Shown: one piece after another, positions 50,418 through 61,084 of the stretch
Layout: every line of letters begins with the position of its first letter
Numbering within the stretch: the first letter of the stretch is position 1
DNA from: Thermodesulfobacteriota bacterium
GTDB taxonomy: Bacteria; Desulfobacterota_D; UBA1144; Nemesobacterales; Nemesobacteraceae
Length of the DNA: 64,000 bases
Direction: 5' to 3'
Assembly: GCA_965207685.1 (NCBI GenBank)
Contig: OZ242294.1
Coordinates: 1,494,884-1,558,883 of the forward strand
The notes under the pieces: model-generated
Told to the model about the DNA's origin: nothing
The model's input: the letters and a program-made list of their open reading frames with translations, nothing else
Databases searched by the model: none
Translations under genes and position numbers: made by a program

Positions 50418-51620
50418 ATGTCTGAGAAAAACAAGATAGTTCTCGCGTATTCCGGGGGACTTGACACCTCGGTAATCCTGAAGTGGCTTGTAAACGAGTA
50501 CCACTCCGACGTTATAGCCTATGTGGCTGACATAGGACAGAAAGAGGATTTGCAGGAGGCGGAGCAGAAAGCCTGGGATACCGGTGCGTGCGCGGTATTC
50601 ATCGAAGACCTGAGAGAGGAGTTCGTCAGGGATTATGTTTTCCCTGCGATAAGCGCAAATGCCGTGTATGAAGGCAGCTATCTCCTAGGCACTTCCATAG
50701 CGCGTCCACTTATTGCGAAAAGGCAGATTGAAATAGCCAAGCGCGAGGGAGCCTTCGCAGTTTCCCACGGAGCGACGGGCAAGGGAAACGACCAGGTCCG
50801 CTTCGAACTTACCTTCTACGCGCTACACCCCGACATAAAGATCATAGCTCCGTGGCGCGAGTGGGATTTCAAATCGAGAACCGACCTGATAAATTACGCC
50901 AGGGAAAACGGAATAGATGTTACGGCGACCGAGAAAAAACCCTACAGCTGTGACCGCAACCTTCTTCACATAAGTTACGAGGGAGGGATTTTGGAGGATC
51001 CGTGGGCTGAACCGCCTGAGGATATGTTCGAGATGACGGTTTCTCCAGAGGCGGCCCCCGATCGGCCGGTTTACGTGGAAATCGGGTTTGAAAACGGCAT
51101 TCCCGTTTCTGTTGACGGAAAGGAGCTTTCTCCTTCGGCCCTTCTTGGCTGCTTAAACGATGTTGCCGGTGCGAACGGCGTCGGGAGGGTAGACATTGTT
51201 GAAAACAGGTTCGTCGGTATGAAATCAAGGGGAGTGTACGAGACACCCGGCGGCACTATTCTTCACGTGGCGCACAGGGCTCTTGAGTCGATTACGATGG
51301 ACAGGGAAGTTATGCGCCTCAGGGATTCCCTGATTCCAAAGATATCGGAACTTATCTACTATGGCTTCTGGTTTTCTCCCGAGATGGAAATGCTGACCGC
51401 CGCCGTCCGCCAGAGCCAGAAGGACGTAAGTGGCACAGTAAGGCTTAAGCTTTACAAAGGAAACGTTACAGTCTGTGGAAGAAAGTCTCCGAATTCCCTC
51501 TACAGCGAGAACCTGGCGACCTTCGAGGAGGATTCGATTTACGATCAGTCGGACGCTACCGGGTTCATAAGGCTAAATTCACTCCGGCTTTCCGTAAAAA
51601 AACTTCTTGAGGGGGAATAG
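50418..51620 (+). CDS. argG: Argininosuccinate synthase
   Basis: [33 protein letters not shown]. Confidence 0.99.
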   Translation: MSEKNKIVLAYSGGLDTSVILKWLVNEYHSDVIAYVADIGQKEDLQEAEQKAWDTGACAVFIEDLREEFVRDYVFPAISANAVYEGSYLLGTSIARPLIAKRQIEIAKREGAFAVSHGATGKGNDQVRFELTFYALHPDIKIIAPWREWDFKSRTDLINYARENGIDVTATEKKPYSCDRNLLHISYEGGILEDPWAEPPEDMFEMTVSPEAAPDRPVYVEIGFENGIPVSVDGKELSPSALLGCLNDVAGANGVGRVDIVENRFVGMKSRGVYETPGGTILHVAHRALESITMDREVMRLRDSLIPKISELIYYGFWFSPEMEMLTAAVRQSQKDVSGTVRLKLYKGNVTVCGRKSPNSLYSENLATFEEDSIYDQSDATGFIRLNSLRLSVKKLLEGE

Positions 51621-51632
51621 CCCCTTTTGCGG

Positions 51633-52643
51633 ATGAGAACGGATCAATTCGACTACGATCTTCCCAAGCGGCTGATCGCCCAGTATCCGCTTTCAAAGCG
51701 CAGTTCCTCAAAACTCCTTGTGGTTGACAGGAAAACGCAGGGTTTTTCCCACGCCAAGTTCTCTGATCTAAGGGACCTGCTCCGCCCCGGCGACCTCATG
51801 GTTCTTAACAACACCAGGGTTATTCCCGCAAGGCTTGCGGGACACGTGGAACGAAGGGGAATCGTTGAGTTTCTTCTTACGGAGAGAAAGGATGAAACTC
51901 GATGGAAGGTGCTTTTTAAGAATCCGGCCGAGGGTCTTAGGGTCTTCCTTGACGGAGGGGTGTCGGGTGTCCTTGAGAGGGAGCCCGATAAAGGCTGGAC
52001 GATAAGATTCAGCGAACCCGTCGAGCGGATCATCAGCAGTACGGGACGTATGCCGCTTCCGCCCTACATAGCGAGAGAACCCGAACCGTCGGATAAAAAG
52101 ACCTATCAGACTGTTTATGCGACCGAGGAGGGAGCGGTCGCCGCTCCGACGGCCGGGCTTCATTTCGACCCGGAACTTATCTCGGACCTTCGCGAAAAGG
52201 GCGTTCTGATGAAGTATGTTACTCTGCATGTGGGAGAGGGGACCTTCAGGCCCGTAAAGGAAGAGCTTATCGATAACCACGCAATGCATTCAGAACGCGT
52301 CTCGGTTCCACAGGAGACGACAGAGGCGATAAACGAAGCCAAGGCGCGGAAAAGAAGGATTATCTCCGTGGGGACCACGGTTACCAGAGCCCTTGAGTCG
52401 GCGGAGGGAACCGTCGGGGAGATGCGGCCTTTTTCCGGGAGGACGGATCTTTTTATAAAACCTCCCTACGAATTCCGGTTTGTAGACGTCCTGATAACCA
52501 ATTTCCATATGCCTCGCTCGACCCTTCTCATGCTTGTCTCCGCATTCTGCGGCACAAGGGAGCTGGCCCTCGCCGCTTATGAGGAGGCGAAATCGCGCGG
52601 TTACAGGTTCTTGAGTTACGGTGACTCGATGATGATAGTGTGA
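51633..52643 (+). CDS. queA: S-adenosylmethionine:tRNA ribosyltransferase-isomerase
   Basis: PLPPYI, AAPTAGLHF, TNFH, SYGD. Confidence 0.97.
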   Translation: MRTDQFDYDLPKRLIAQYPLSKRSSSKLLVVDRKTQGFSHAKFSDLRDLLRPGDLMVLNNTRVIPARLAGHVERRGIVEFLLTERKDETRWKVLFKNPAEGLRVFLDGGVSGVLEREPDKGWTIRFSEPVERIISSTGRMPLPPYIAREPEPSDKKTYQTVYATEEGAVAAPTAGLHFDPELISDLREKGVLMKYVTLHVGEGTFRPVKEELIDNHAMHSERVSVPQETTEAINEAKARKRRIISVGTTVTRALESAEGTVGEMRPFSGRTDLFIKPPYEFRFVDVLITNFHMPRSTLLMLVSAFCGTRELALAAYEEAKSRGYRFLSYGDSMMIV

Positions 52644-52759
52644 AGGGGGTTTTAACCGTGCGCGGCCTGTGGTTTGATTTTGTACATTATCAGGCGGAAT
52701 TGTTATACTCTTGGGAAAAATGTTTTTCTTCAATCAATTTTCCCGGAGGAAAATAGCAG

Positions 52760-53746
52760 ATGGCGACAGTAGTTACGGGAGCGACCGGGTTTATAGGATC
52801 GCACATAACCAGAAAGCTGGTTGAGAGAGGAGACAGGGTCAAGGTTCTCGTCAGGAAGACGAGCAATACTAAGAACATAGATTCTCTCGACGTTGAGAAG
52901 GTCTACGGGGATGTTGGAGACCCGGAATCCCTTAAGGCCGCTTTTTCCGGATGCGACACGCTTTTCCATACGGCTGGATTCGTGTCGTTTAAGAAGTCAG
53001 ACCACCAGAAAATGCTGGATATAAACGTGCGCGGCGCTTCGAACGTTCTCTCCGCCGCCATGGACGTGGGTGTATCCAAGGTTGTTTTCACAAGCAGCGT
53101 AGCAGCCATCGGGGTCGAGCGGGACGGTTCCCCGGTAACCGAATCTACCCAGTACGATCTTTACTCCGAGGGAATAGGATATATGAACTGCAAGTATCTC
53201 GCGGAAAGAGAGGCAAAGAGCTTCAGTGAAAAAGGGCTTCCAGTGGTTATAACGAACCCTTCGGTGGTTCTGGGTGCGGGAGACATCTATCTTTCAAGCT
53301 CGGGGTCGGTTCTGTGGTTCTGCAAGAAAAGGTTCCCTGGTTACATGGACGGCACCTTTAACGTTGTTGACGTTGAGGACGTAGCGAACGGGCACTTGCT
53401 TGCGGAGAAGAACGGAAAGCCCGGAGAGCGCTACATACTCGCAAACGAGAACGTCAATGTGCAAGGTTATTTCGCCCTTCTAGAAGAAATAACCGGCATC
53501 TCTGCTCCCAAAATGAAGATTCCCTACGTATTTGCTTACACCACTGCGTTTCTCCTTGAGAGAATCTTGGGGCTAGGATTTCCGAATTATTCCACGCTGG
53601 ACATCGATTCCATAAAGCTTTCAAGGTTTAACTGGCACGCTGACAATTCAAAGGCTGTAAGGGATCTCGGATTCACGGTGACTCCGATCGAGCAAACCAT
53701 ACGGAAAACCGTTGAGTGGTTCAGGGAAAACGGCTATCTGAAGTAA
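52760..53746 (+). CDS. NAD-dependent epimerase/dehydratase (HpnA/DFR-like extended SDR)
   Basis: TGATGFIG, FTSS, YMNCK. Confidence 0.85.
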   Translation: MATVVTGATGFIGSHITRKLVERGDRVKVLVRKTSNTKNIDSLDVEKVYGDVGDPESLKAAFSGCDTLFHTAGFVSFKKSDHQKMLDINVRGASNVLSAAMDVGVSKVVFTSSVAAIGVERDGSPVTESTQYDLYSEGIGYMNCKYLAEREAKSFSEKGLPVVITNPSVVLGAGDIYLSSSGSVLWFCKKRFPGYMDGTFNVVDVEDVANGHLLAEKNGKPGERYILANENVNVQGYFALLEEITGISAPKMKIPYVFAYTTAFLLERILGLGFPNYSTLDIDSIKLSRFNWHADNSKAVRDLGFTVTPIEQTIRKTVEWFRENGYLK

Positions 53747-53759
53747 AAAAGGGAGTAAA

Positions 53760-54830
53760 GTGGCGGCAAACAGTTTCGGAAGATTTTTCAGAATTACCAC
53801 CTGGGGGGAGTCCCACGGCCCTGCTATGGGAGTTGTGGTTGACGGCTGTCCCGCGGGGCTTGAGCTTTGCGCCGGGGACATACAGTACGAACTTGACAGA
53901 AGGCGTCCGGGTCAGAGCAGGATCACGACCCAGAGAAAGGAAGCCGACGCAATCGAGATACTCTCGGGCGTTTTTGACGGAAAAACCCTCGGAACTCCCA
54001 TATCCATGATGGTGAGAAACACAGACGCCAAATCGAAATCCTACGAGGACATAAAGGACGTCTACCGTCCCGGCCATGCCGATTTCACCTACGACGAGAA
54101 GTACGGGCGCAGGGACCACCGGGGAGGCGGCCGCTCCTCGGCGCGGGAAACAGTCGGAAGGGTAGCCGCAGCCGCAATAGCTAAAAAAATCCTTAATTCC
54201 CACGGAGTGACTACCACGGGGTACGTAAAGCAGGTGGGAGACATAGTTGCTCAGGACCTTGATTTTGACCAGATCGAGGAAAATCCTGTCCGCTGTCCCG
54301 ATCCGCAAGCCGCAGAGAGGATGATCGATCTTATAGAATCGGTTAGAAAGGAGGGAGATTCTGTTGGAGGAACCGTTGAGGTAGTGTCCCAGGGGCTTCC
54401 TACGGGACTCGGCGAGCCCGTGTTTAACAAGCTTGATGCGGACCTCGCGCGCGCTCTTATGAGCATAGGGGGGATAAGGGGCTTTGAAATGGGGATGGGT
54501 TTCGGGGTCATTGAGAAAAAAGGTTCGCAGGTAAACGATCTTATGTATAAGAAGGAAGACGGGACTCTTGGGTTCAGAACGAACAACTCGGGTGGCCTCT
54601 TGGGTGGAATAACAAGCGGGGCGGATCTGGTCGTGAGAATCGCTATAAAACCCACTTCTTCAATATCTCAGGTTCAGGACACCGTGGATAAAGAGGGAGA
54701 AAAAACCCAACTGCGGGTGAAGGGGAGGCACGACCCGTGTCTTTGCCCCAGGGCGGTTCCCATAGCGGAGGCCATGGTCAATCTCGTTCTGGTCGATCAC
54801 CTGCTGGTCTCAAAGCTGTCGACTATCTAA
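53760..54830 (+). CDS. aroC: Chorismate synthase
   Basis: GESHG, RPGHAD, RSSARET, GRHDPC. Confidence 0.99.
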   Translation: MAANSFGRFFRITTWGESHGPAMGVVVDGCPAGLELCAGDIQYELDRRRPGQSRITTQRKEADAIEILSGVFDGKTLGTPISMMVRNTDAKSKSYEDIKDVYRPGHADFTYDEKYGRRDHRGGGRSSARETVGRVAAAAIAKKILNSHGVTTTGYVKQVGDIVAQDLDFDQIEENPVRCPDPQAAERMIDLIESVRKEGDSVGGTVEVVSQGLPTGLGEPVFNKLDADLARALMSIGGIRGFEMGMGFGVIEKKGSQVNDLMYKKEDGTLGFRTNNSGGLLGGITSGADLVVRIAIKPTSSISQVQDTVDKEGEKTQLRVKGRHDPCLCPRAVPIAEAMVNLVLVDHLLVSKLSTI

Positions 54831-54841
54831 ATTTAACTGCC

Positions 54842-55186
54842 ATGTCGGAACTGTTCAGAATTTACGTAGGAGAGGAAGAGATATACTCGGGACACCTGGC
54901 CGACATACCCGACTACTACCGTAGCAATCTGGTCGAAGCGATTTCCGAGTGGGGGGAGTGTCTTAGCAAAAGCGGTTTCAGGGAGCTTCTCTATTCCTCT
55001 TTACATTGGTATAACCTGAAGACATATTACTGCGGGGATTGCGAAAAAGAACCTGATGAGGGAGGCGTATGCGGGGACTGCGGCGGAGAGGTTTCGGAAA
55101 CTTTCGTTCACAAAAGGGATCCGGGCATAGACAAGATAATGATGTGCATCGGTTTGATAGACCGCGTGGAGATGGAGGTTCCTTAG
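54842..55186 (+). CDS. Hypothetical Zn-ribbon protein
   Basis: CGDC...CGDCG; in operon context after aroC. Confidence 0.7.
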   Translation: MSELFRIYVGEEEIYSGHLADIPDYYRSNLVEAISEWGECLSKSGFRELLYSSLHWYNLKTYYCGDCEKEPDEGGVCGDCGGEVSETFVHKRDPGIDKIMMCIGLIDRVEMEVP

Positions 55187-55200
55187 TTTTTCAGGCTGTT

Positions 55201-55482
55201 ATGAAATTTCTTGTTAAGGGACACATATATCCGAAGGCCTGGGAAATCGCGAAAAGCGTTAAGAGGCTGAGGGAAGAGCGGAAGAAAGTTAACATAGGAA
55301 GCGGGACGATCGGCTATACGGTTTACGAAGTTGATCTTCCGGAGCAAACCGTAAAAACGGGAAACTATCTTACCACTCCCCAGGGAATACGACTCTACCA
55401 CAACTCGGGCGACTACTACGGGATTGGCTACCTGATCTCGGAAATAGACAACGACCCGCTTGTATCAAAGCATTTTTCCTGA
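55201..55482 (+). CDS. Hypothetical protein
   Basis: ATG 14 nt after the previous stop; plausible composition. Confidence 0.55.
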   Translation: MKFLVKGHIYPKAWEIAKSVKRLREERKKVNIGSGTIGYTVYEVDLPEQTVKTGNYLTTPQGIRLYHNSGDYYGIGYLISEIDNDPLVSKHFS

Positions 55483-56136
55483 ATACAGATACCAGAGGGG
55501 AACGAGCCGGACTAATAGATTCCGGGTTTCGAGGATAAAAGCGGCAGGATCAGCTGCTACCTCGTTCGATTCCAGCGTCTGAAGAGCGCAAAGGTGTGGT
55601 CCTTTAAGGAAACTTTCCGCCTTTGCTGGGTCAAGCGTCCGGTCGACCTCGCCATACTTTTTGCATGCGACAAGATCAATGTCGGTTCCGAGGCCGATTT
55701 CTTGGGCCAAGTTGATGATTGCCTGTGAATCATTTCTGATTTCCTCGGCCATCGGGGCATCGGGGGCAAGCAGCGGGGTGGGCACGTAAAGTCCCCGCCA
55801 TACGCCTTCCGGCTGAAGACCCAGAAACAGTTGAGCGTCAAGCCTTTTGCGTCCCTCCCTGTAAAAAAGAGCGAGCATATTGTCTTTGTAAGGACTCTGT
55901 CCCTTGGCAAAACGCATGTCCCGGTTTATCCGGGTAATCGTTTTGTTGACTGCGGGGCGGATCTCGCAATCTTTGATCACTTTGCGGAGACTGGGACCTA
56001 TGTCTGCAACAGCCTGGCGTAGCGGGCCAAGCAGGCTCTCCTCGTACCGACCGCGATTTTCTTCAAACCATGCCTTATCGCGCGGACTGGCGAGATCCCT
56101 TAAAAAACGGAAGGTTTCTGAGGAGAAGCGCTTCAT
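55465..56136 (-). CDS. DUF2461 family protein
   Basis: F..ETFRFL..L, WFEENR..Y, RINRDMRF.K.QSPYK. Confidence 0.85.
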   Translation of the reverse strand: MKRFSSETFRFLRDLASPRDKAWFEENRGRYEESLLGPLRQAVADIGPSLRKVIKDCEIRPAVNKTITRINRDMRFAKGQSPYKDNMLALFYREGRKRLDAQLFLGLQPEGVWRGLYVPTPLLAPDAPMAEEIRNDSQAIINLAQEIGLGTDIDLVACKKYGEVDRTLDPAKAESFLKGPHLCALQTLESNEVAADPAAFILETRNLLVRLVPLWYLYSGKML

Positions 56137-56193
56137 GTAGGAGTTGTCCGGTTTCGGTCCGCTTGACTTGCGGACGTTACATAGTAACGGTCT

Positions 56194-57333
56194 CTATGCC
56201 GTTCCCAACATTTCCGATACCTTGGCAACTCCTGCTCCGCTTGTAAAGTTGTGTCCAAGAGATCCCAGAATGGATTCAAGGGCCGAAATAAACGCCACCA
56301 TGTCATTTCGGTCGACATCTCCTATGTGGGATACTCTGAAGATTTTCCCCTTGGCGTGATCTTGTCCGCCTGCGACGGTCATACCGAATTTCGCTTGAAG
56401 CTCGGAAATGATTTTTCCTGCTCCTATTTCCTCTGGTGCCACTCCTACGGTAAGGGCCGGGCTTGGCGCGTCGGGGGTGAAAAGATCTATGTCGATTGCT
56501 CGGAGTGCCTCGCGGGTCGCAAGCGACATCAGCTCGCGTTTTCTATAAATGTTTTCCATTCCCTCTTCCATAAATCCTTCTATAACCTTGCCAAGGCCGA
56601 CTACGAGTGTGACGGCCGGGGTCCAGGGTGTCGTGTTTTTCTGGGCGCTTTTCTGATAGTCGGCAAAGTTGAGATAGAACTTCGGGAGGTCCGAGGTCTT
56701 GTTGAATTCCCAGGCTTTCTCACTCATCGTTGCGAATGAAAGCCCCGGAGGGAGCATGAAAGCCTTCTGCGAACCGCCCACGAGAACATCTATTCCGAGT
56801 TCGTCAAACGGAAGGGGGAATACCCCGACGGCGGTTATGCCGTCAACTATCAACAGCACGTCATCTCTTTTCGAGGTAATAGCCGCGACTTGGTCGGTTG
56901 GATGCTTGACTCCGGTGGAGGTCTCGCTCGCCTGCATCAGAACCGCCCTTATCGAGGGATCGCTGTCGAGTTTTTCCTCTATGATTGCAGGTGAAACCGC
57001 CTCGCCCCAAGCAACTTCTATCTCGTCCACTTCGAGTCCGTAGGCCCTCGCGATCTTTCCCCATCTCTCCCCGAACTTTCCGCCGTTTACCGTGATTACC
57101 TTATCGCCCGCGCGAAGGGTGTTCACGACCGCTCCTTCCATGGCGCCGGTTCCCGAAGCCGCCAGTACGAAAACTTCGGTTTCGGTCTGAAAAATATGTT
57201 TCAATCCCTCTCTTGTCCGCTCGAATATAGCTTCGAACTCCTTGGTTCTGTGGTGAATGAGCGGTCTTGCCATCTCAACCATTATTTCGCTTGGGACCGC
57301 CACGGGGCCCGGGGTCAGCAGCAATCTTTTCAT
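56194..57333 (-). CDS. Class V PLP aminotransferase (alanine-glyoxylate/serine-pyruvate family)
   Basis: LLTPGP, SGTGAME, ETSTGV, GSQKAF.LPPG. Confidence 0.93.
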   Translation of the reverse strand: MKRLLLTPGPVAVPSEIMVEMARPLIHHRTKEFEAIFERTREGLKHIFQTETEVFVLAASGTGAMEGAVVNTLRAGDKVITVNGGKFGERWGKIARAYGLEVDEIEVAWGEAVSPAIIEEKLDSDPSIRAVLMQASETSTGVKHPTDQVAAITSKRDDVLLIVDGITAVGVFPLPFDELGIDVLVGGSQKAFMLPPGLSFATMSEKAWEFNKTSDLPKFYLNFADYQKSAQKNTTPWTPAVTLVVGLGKVIEGFMEEGMENIYRKRELMSLATREALRAIDIDLFTPDAPSPALTVGVAPEEIGAGKIISELQAKFGMTVAGGQDHAKGKIFRVSHIGDVDRNDMVAFISALESILGSLGHNFTSGAGVAKVSEMLGTA

Positions 57334-57485
57334 TTGGTGTTTCTCCTCACATCATTAAGGGATTAAATCAAAGCGGATAAAATACCTACAAACCTGCAGT
57401 GTTTCAATTGATCCGCACTTCGTTTTTTTGAATTCGCAGGTTATTTGCGTACTATCTTTCGGTGCGTTCTAAGGAGGTATCTTAG

Positions 57486-58614
57486 ATGAAAGAAGAACTG
57501 CGTGGTCTTGTAGAAGACCTCAGAAGCAGAATCCACAGGACAGGAGACTGTCTTTGACCTGCCTTCCAAGGCTAACAGACTCAAAGAACTTGAAGAAATT
57601 ACCTCAGGTCCCGATTTCTGGGACAATTCTGAACTAGCGCGCAAGACGCTTCAGGAGCAGTCCGAAATCAAGGACCGTATTTCGGGATACGAGAAGCTCC
57701 GCTCCGACATGGAGGACGCGGCGTGTCTTTTCGAACTTGCGGTCGGTGAAGACGATCAGGATTCGATAGAAGAGGCGCGTAGCATGCTTGCGTCCGTAGA
57801 AGCCAGGCTTGCCGAACTTGAGTTCACCCGGATTCTTGGTGGTCCTGACGACGCTCGAAACGCCATAGTATCGGTAAACGCCGGTGCGGGAGGCACGGAG
57901 GCTCAGGACTGGGCTGAGATGCTTCTTCGCATGTACCTTCGGTACGCGGAGAGAAAGGGATTTTCAGCGAAACTGCTTGAGACTCAGGACGGAGAAGAAG
58001 CCGGCATAAAGAGCGCCACTATTCTTGCCCAAGGGGGATTTGCCTTCGGTTATCTCAAGGCGGAGACCGGGGTTCACAGGCTGGTGAGAATATCCCCGTT
58101 TGACTCGAACAAAAGGAGACACACTTCGTTCGCCTCGGTTTTTGTTTCTCCCGAGATAGATGATTCAATAGAGGTGAACATAGAGGACAAGGACCTCAGG
58201 ATTGACACTTACCGTGCGAGTGGAAAGGGCGGACAGCATGTTAACAAGACGGATTCTGCGGTCCGCATCACCCACCTGCCCACCGGAGTTGCGGTCAGTT
58301 GCCAGAACGAGAGGTCACAGCGCCAGAACAAGGAAAGTGCCATGAAGATACTCAAGGCGAGGCTCTACGAACTGCGAAGGATGGAGGAAAAACAAAAAGA
58401 AGAGGAGTTCAATTCTTCGAAAAAGGAAATCGGCTGGGGAAGCCAGATAAGATCGTATGTCATGCATCCCTATCGCATGGTGAAGGATCACCGCACCAAT
58501 TTCGAGGCCTCGGGGGTTGATGTGGATGCGGTACTTGACGGGAGGATAGATGGTTTTATAGAATCGTATCTTTTGCATGACGCGACCGAGAATTCAGGGG
58601 AGGAAGCAACTTGA
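57486..58614 (+). CDS. prfB: Peptide chain release factor 2 with programmed +1 frameshift at CTT-TGA-C (57552-57558)
   Basis: 23-codon first frame ending CTT TGA; +1 frame continues into the ORF carrying the SPF and GGQ motifs. Confidence 0.97.
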
Positions 58615-59492
58615 AGTTCGGTATAACGGGTAAGAAGGGTAGCGCGGAAGTCTACGAAATCGCCAAGCGACTGTGCGGGTGGCTTCGGGAAAGAAACATA
58701 GAGTTTTTCGTTGAGGAGAGGCTCGGACGGAGTATAGATGCGGAAAACCTGCTTGCGGAACAGGACCTGGCTGAGGCCGTTGACATAATAGTCGTGTTCG
58801 GTGGCGACGGTTCCTTTATCTGGGTTTCCCGCATGGTGCAGGGAAACGATGTTCCAATACTCGGCTGCAATCTTGGCGGACTCGGGTTTCTCACGGAATT
58901 TACCGTGAATGAATTTTTTCCGATGATGGAAAAAGTGCTCGCCGGAGATTACGAGATCGAGAGAAGGGACATGATATCGTGCTGCGTAGTCAGGAAGGAC
59001 GGAGAGCGGGAAGAATTCACGGTACTAAACGACGTAGTTATAAACAACGGTCCGATTTCCAAGGTTGTGGACCTCTCCATATATATAAACGAAAAATATG
59101 TTACGACTTTTAAGGCTGACGGAATCATCTTCGCAACCCCTACCGGCTCAACCGCCTATTCTCTTTCTGCGGGCGGACCGATAATTTTTCCCACATTGCC
59201 TGTGATAACAGTCACTCCAATATGTCCGCATATTCTTACCAACAGGCCTATCGTGGTGCCCAACACGAAGAAGATAAGGACGAGGGTGCTTACCGACATA
59301 CAGAACACCTATCTCACACTCGACGGTCAGGTGGGAGTACCTCTTTATCTCGGCGACGAGGTTGTTCTTGAAGGTTCGGAGAGTTATGTGAATATCATAA
59401 AATCTCCTTTCAGGGATTATTTCAACATTCTGAAGACAAAGCTTATGTGGAGCGGGAGATACGAAAATTCCGGAAATTATAGCGACAATTAG
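58611..59492 (+). CDS. nadK: NAD(+) kinase
   Basis: GGDGS, LND, TPTGSTAYSLSAGGP. Confidence 0.97.
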   Translation: MKFGITGKKGSAEVYEIAKRLCGWLRERNIEFFVEERLGRSIDAENLLAEQDLAEAVDIIVVFGGDGSFIWVSRMVQGNDVPILGCNLGGLGFLTEFTVNEFFPMMEKVLAGDYEIERRDMISCCVVRKDGEREEFTVLNDVVINNGPISKVVDLSIYINEKYVTTFKADGIIFATPTGSTAYSLSAGGPIIFPTLPVITVTPICPHILTNRPIVVPNTKKIRTRVLTDIQNTYLTLDGQVGVPLYLGDEVVLEGSESYVNIIKSPFRDYFNILKTKLMWSGRYENSGNYSDN

Positions 59493-59513
59493 ACAGCCAA
59501 GTACAATATAGCA

Positions 59514-60701
59514 ATGATAAGAACTTACAAGTGCCGTGCCAAGCTGACAAGGTCGGGGCATGAGGCATTATTTCGGGTATTCGGGATGTGCGCCACACTT
59601 TACAACGCCTGTCTTGAGGAGCGCATTGACTGCTACAATAAGACGGGCGAATCCCGCTCATATTATGATCAGTGCAAAGCACTAACCGAAGTGAGGGCGG
59701 ATGATCCAGAGTATGCCAGTATCAGCGTTCAGGTATTCCGTGGCGTTGTGGGTCGGATAGACGAGGCGTACAAGTCGTTTTTCCGAAGAGTGAAGATCAA
59801 AGACAAAGCTGGTTTCCCTCGATTCAAGAGTTCTAGGCGTTGGAGGACAATAGAGATAAACGACCAGTGCTGGCATATGCTGAAGCGTGAGGGGCAGAAG
59901 CTGGTTCTCAAGGTAAAGGGGCTTCCCCGCATTGAAGTGAAGACGGAGCGGGAACTACCACCGAACGCATTGCTGAAAGCGATACGGATTACAAGAAAAC
60001 CTTCGCGCACGGAAGTTGCGTTATCGTATGAGTTGCCAACTCCCGAGGCAAAACCAGTCGGCAAGCCCATTGGGATAGACATGGGGATATCGAAGCGTCT
60101 TACCTTAAGCAACGGGGAGACCGTGAAGAAGCGGGAGATGGACAGGCGAAGGTTAATACGACTGCAGCGTTCTGTGTCTCGTAAAAAGAAGGGAAGCAAC
60201 AACAGGCGTAAAGCCGTATCTCTGCTGGCCAAGGAATGGCAGAGACTTACGGACAAAGAGAGGAACTATCTCCACAGGCTGACTTCGGAGATAGTAAGAA
60301 TGTATGATTTTATAGCGGTAGAGAAGCTTGAAACGAAAAAGATGCTTGCCAACAGGCAGTTGGCGAAAAGCATACAGGAGCAGACTTGGGGGAAATTCGC
60401 TGCGCTGCTTAACGAGAAGGCTGAAAGTGCTGGCGTTACGGCAGTAGCAGTAGACCCCGAGGGGACTTCGCAGCAATGCTCAAGTTGCGGAGCGGAAGTC
60501 AAGAAAAACCTGTCTACAAGAGTTCACAGGTGTAATTGTGGACTTGTGTTGGACAGAGACATAAATGCGGCAATAAATATCCTTCATCGAGGCATCTCGA
60601 TTGCGGGTGGGAAACTCAAGCAGTCCCGCATGGCCGGAAGGATGAGAAAGAAGCAAGACAGTAGTCTTGTTCGGCCAAGAACAGTAGAGGTAACTGTCTA
60701 G
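59514..60701 (+). mobile_element. tnpB: Solo RNA-guided endonuclease TnpB (IS200/IS605/IS1341-type, no TnpA in window)
   Basis: RuvC residues in GIDMG, VEKL and DRDINAA; Zn finger CSSC...CNC; GFPRFK. Confidence 0.92.
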
Positions 60702-60720
60702 TTATGGCTACAAGTTCCAA
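60595..60720 (+). ncRNA. Predicted TnpB omegaRNA (reRNA) scaffold plus guide
   Basis: Stems TGCGGG/CCCGCA, TGGCCGGA/TTCGGCCA, CAAGAC/GTCTTG and ACAGT/ACTGT at the tnpB 3' end; boundaries approximate. Confidence 0.6.
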
Positions 60721-61084
60721 AATTCCGAGTGAGGAGAAGTTAATTCATGACTGGGTAATAAGTCAGGTGGAGCATAAGTACTCCTCGCTTTATAATGAGA
60801 TACACACTAACCCCGGTGAAGAGCAACTCTGTGAGTTCGAGGGGTTTTTCCCCGATGTAATCCTCGGTTCATACGGGCAGGTCGTGCAGATTATTGAGGT
60901 CGAGACCGAAGCCACTATCGACGAGAAAAGAAGCGAGTACTGGAAAGCGCTCTCGGAACTTTCGGTCCAGCTTATCCTGCTTGTCCCCGCAAAGTCAAAG
61001 ACTCACGTTACAGATCTTTGCTGGAAATGCGGACTCGCCGGCAAAGTGAAAATAGGAACTTTCGAGGTCTCAATCAGGATATAG
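60704..61084 (+). CDS. Hypothetical protein with PD-(D/E)xK-like motif
   Basis: FPDVIL...IIEVET. Confidence 0.7.
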   Translation: MATSSKIPSEEKLIHDWVISQVEHKYSSLYNEIHTNPGEEQLCEFEGFFPDVILGSYGQVVQIIEVETEATIDEKRSEYWKALSELSVQLILLVPAKSKTHVTDLCWKCGLAGKVKIGTFEVSIRI

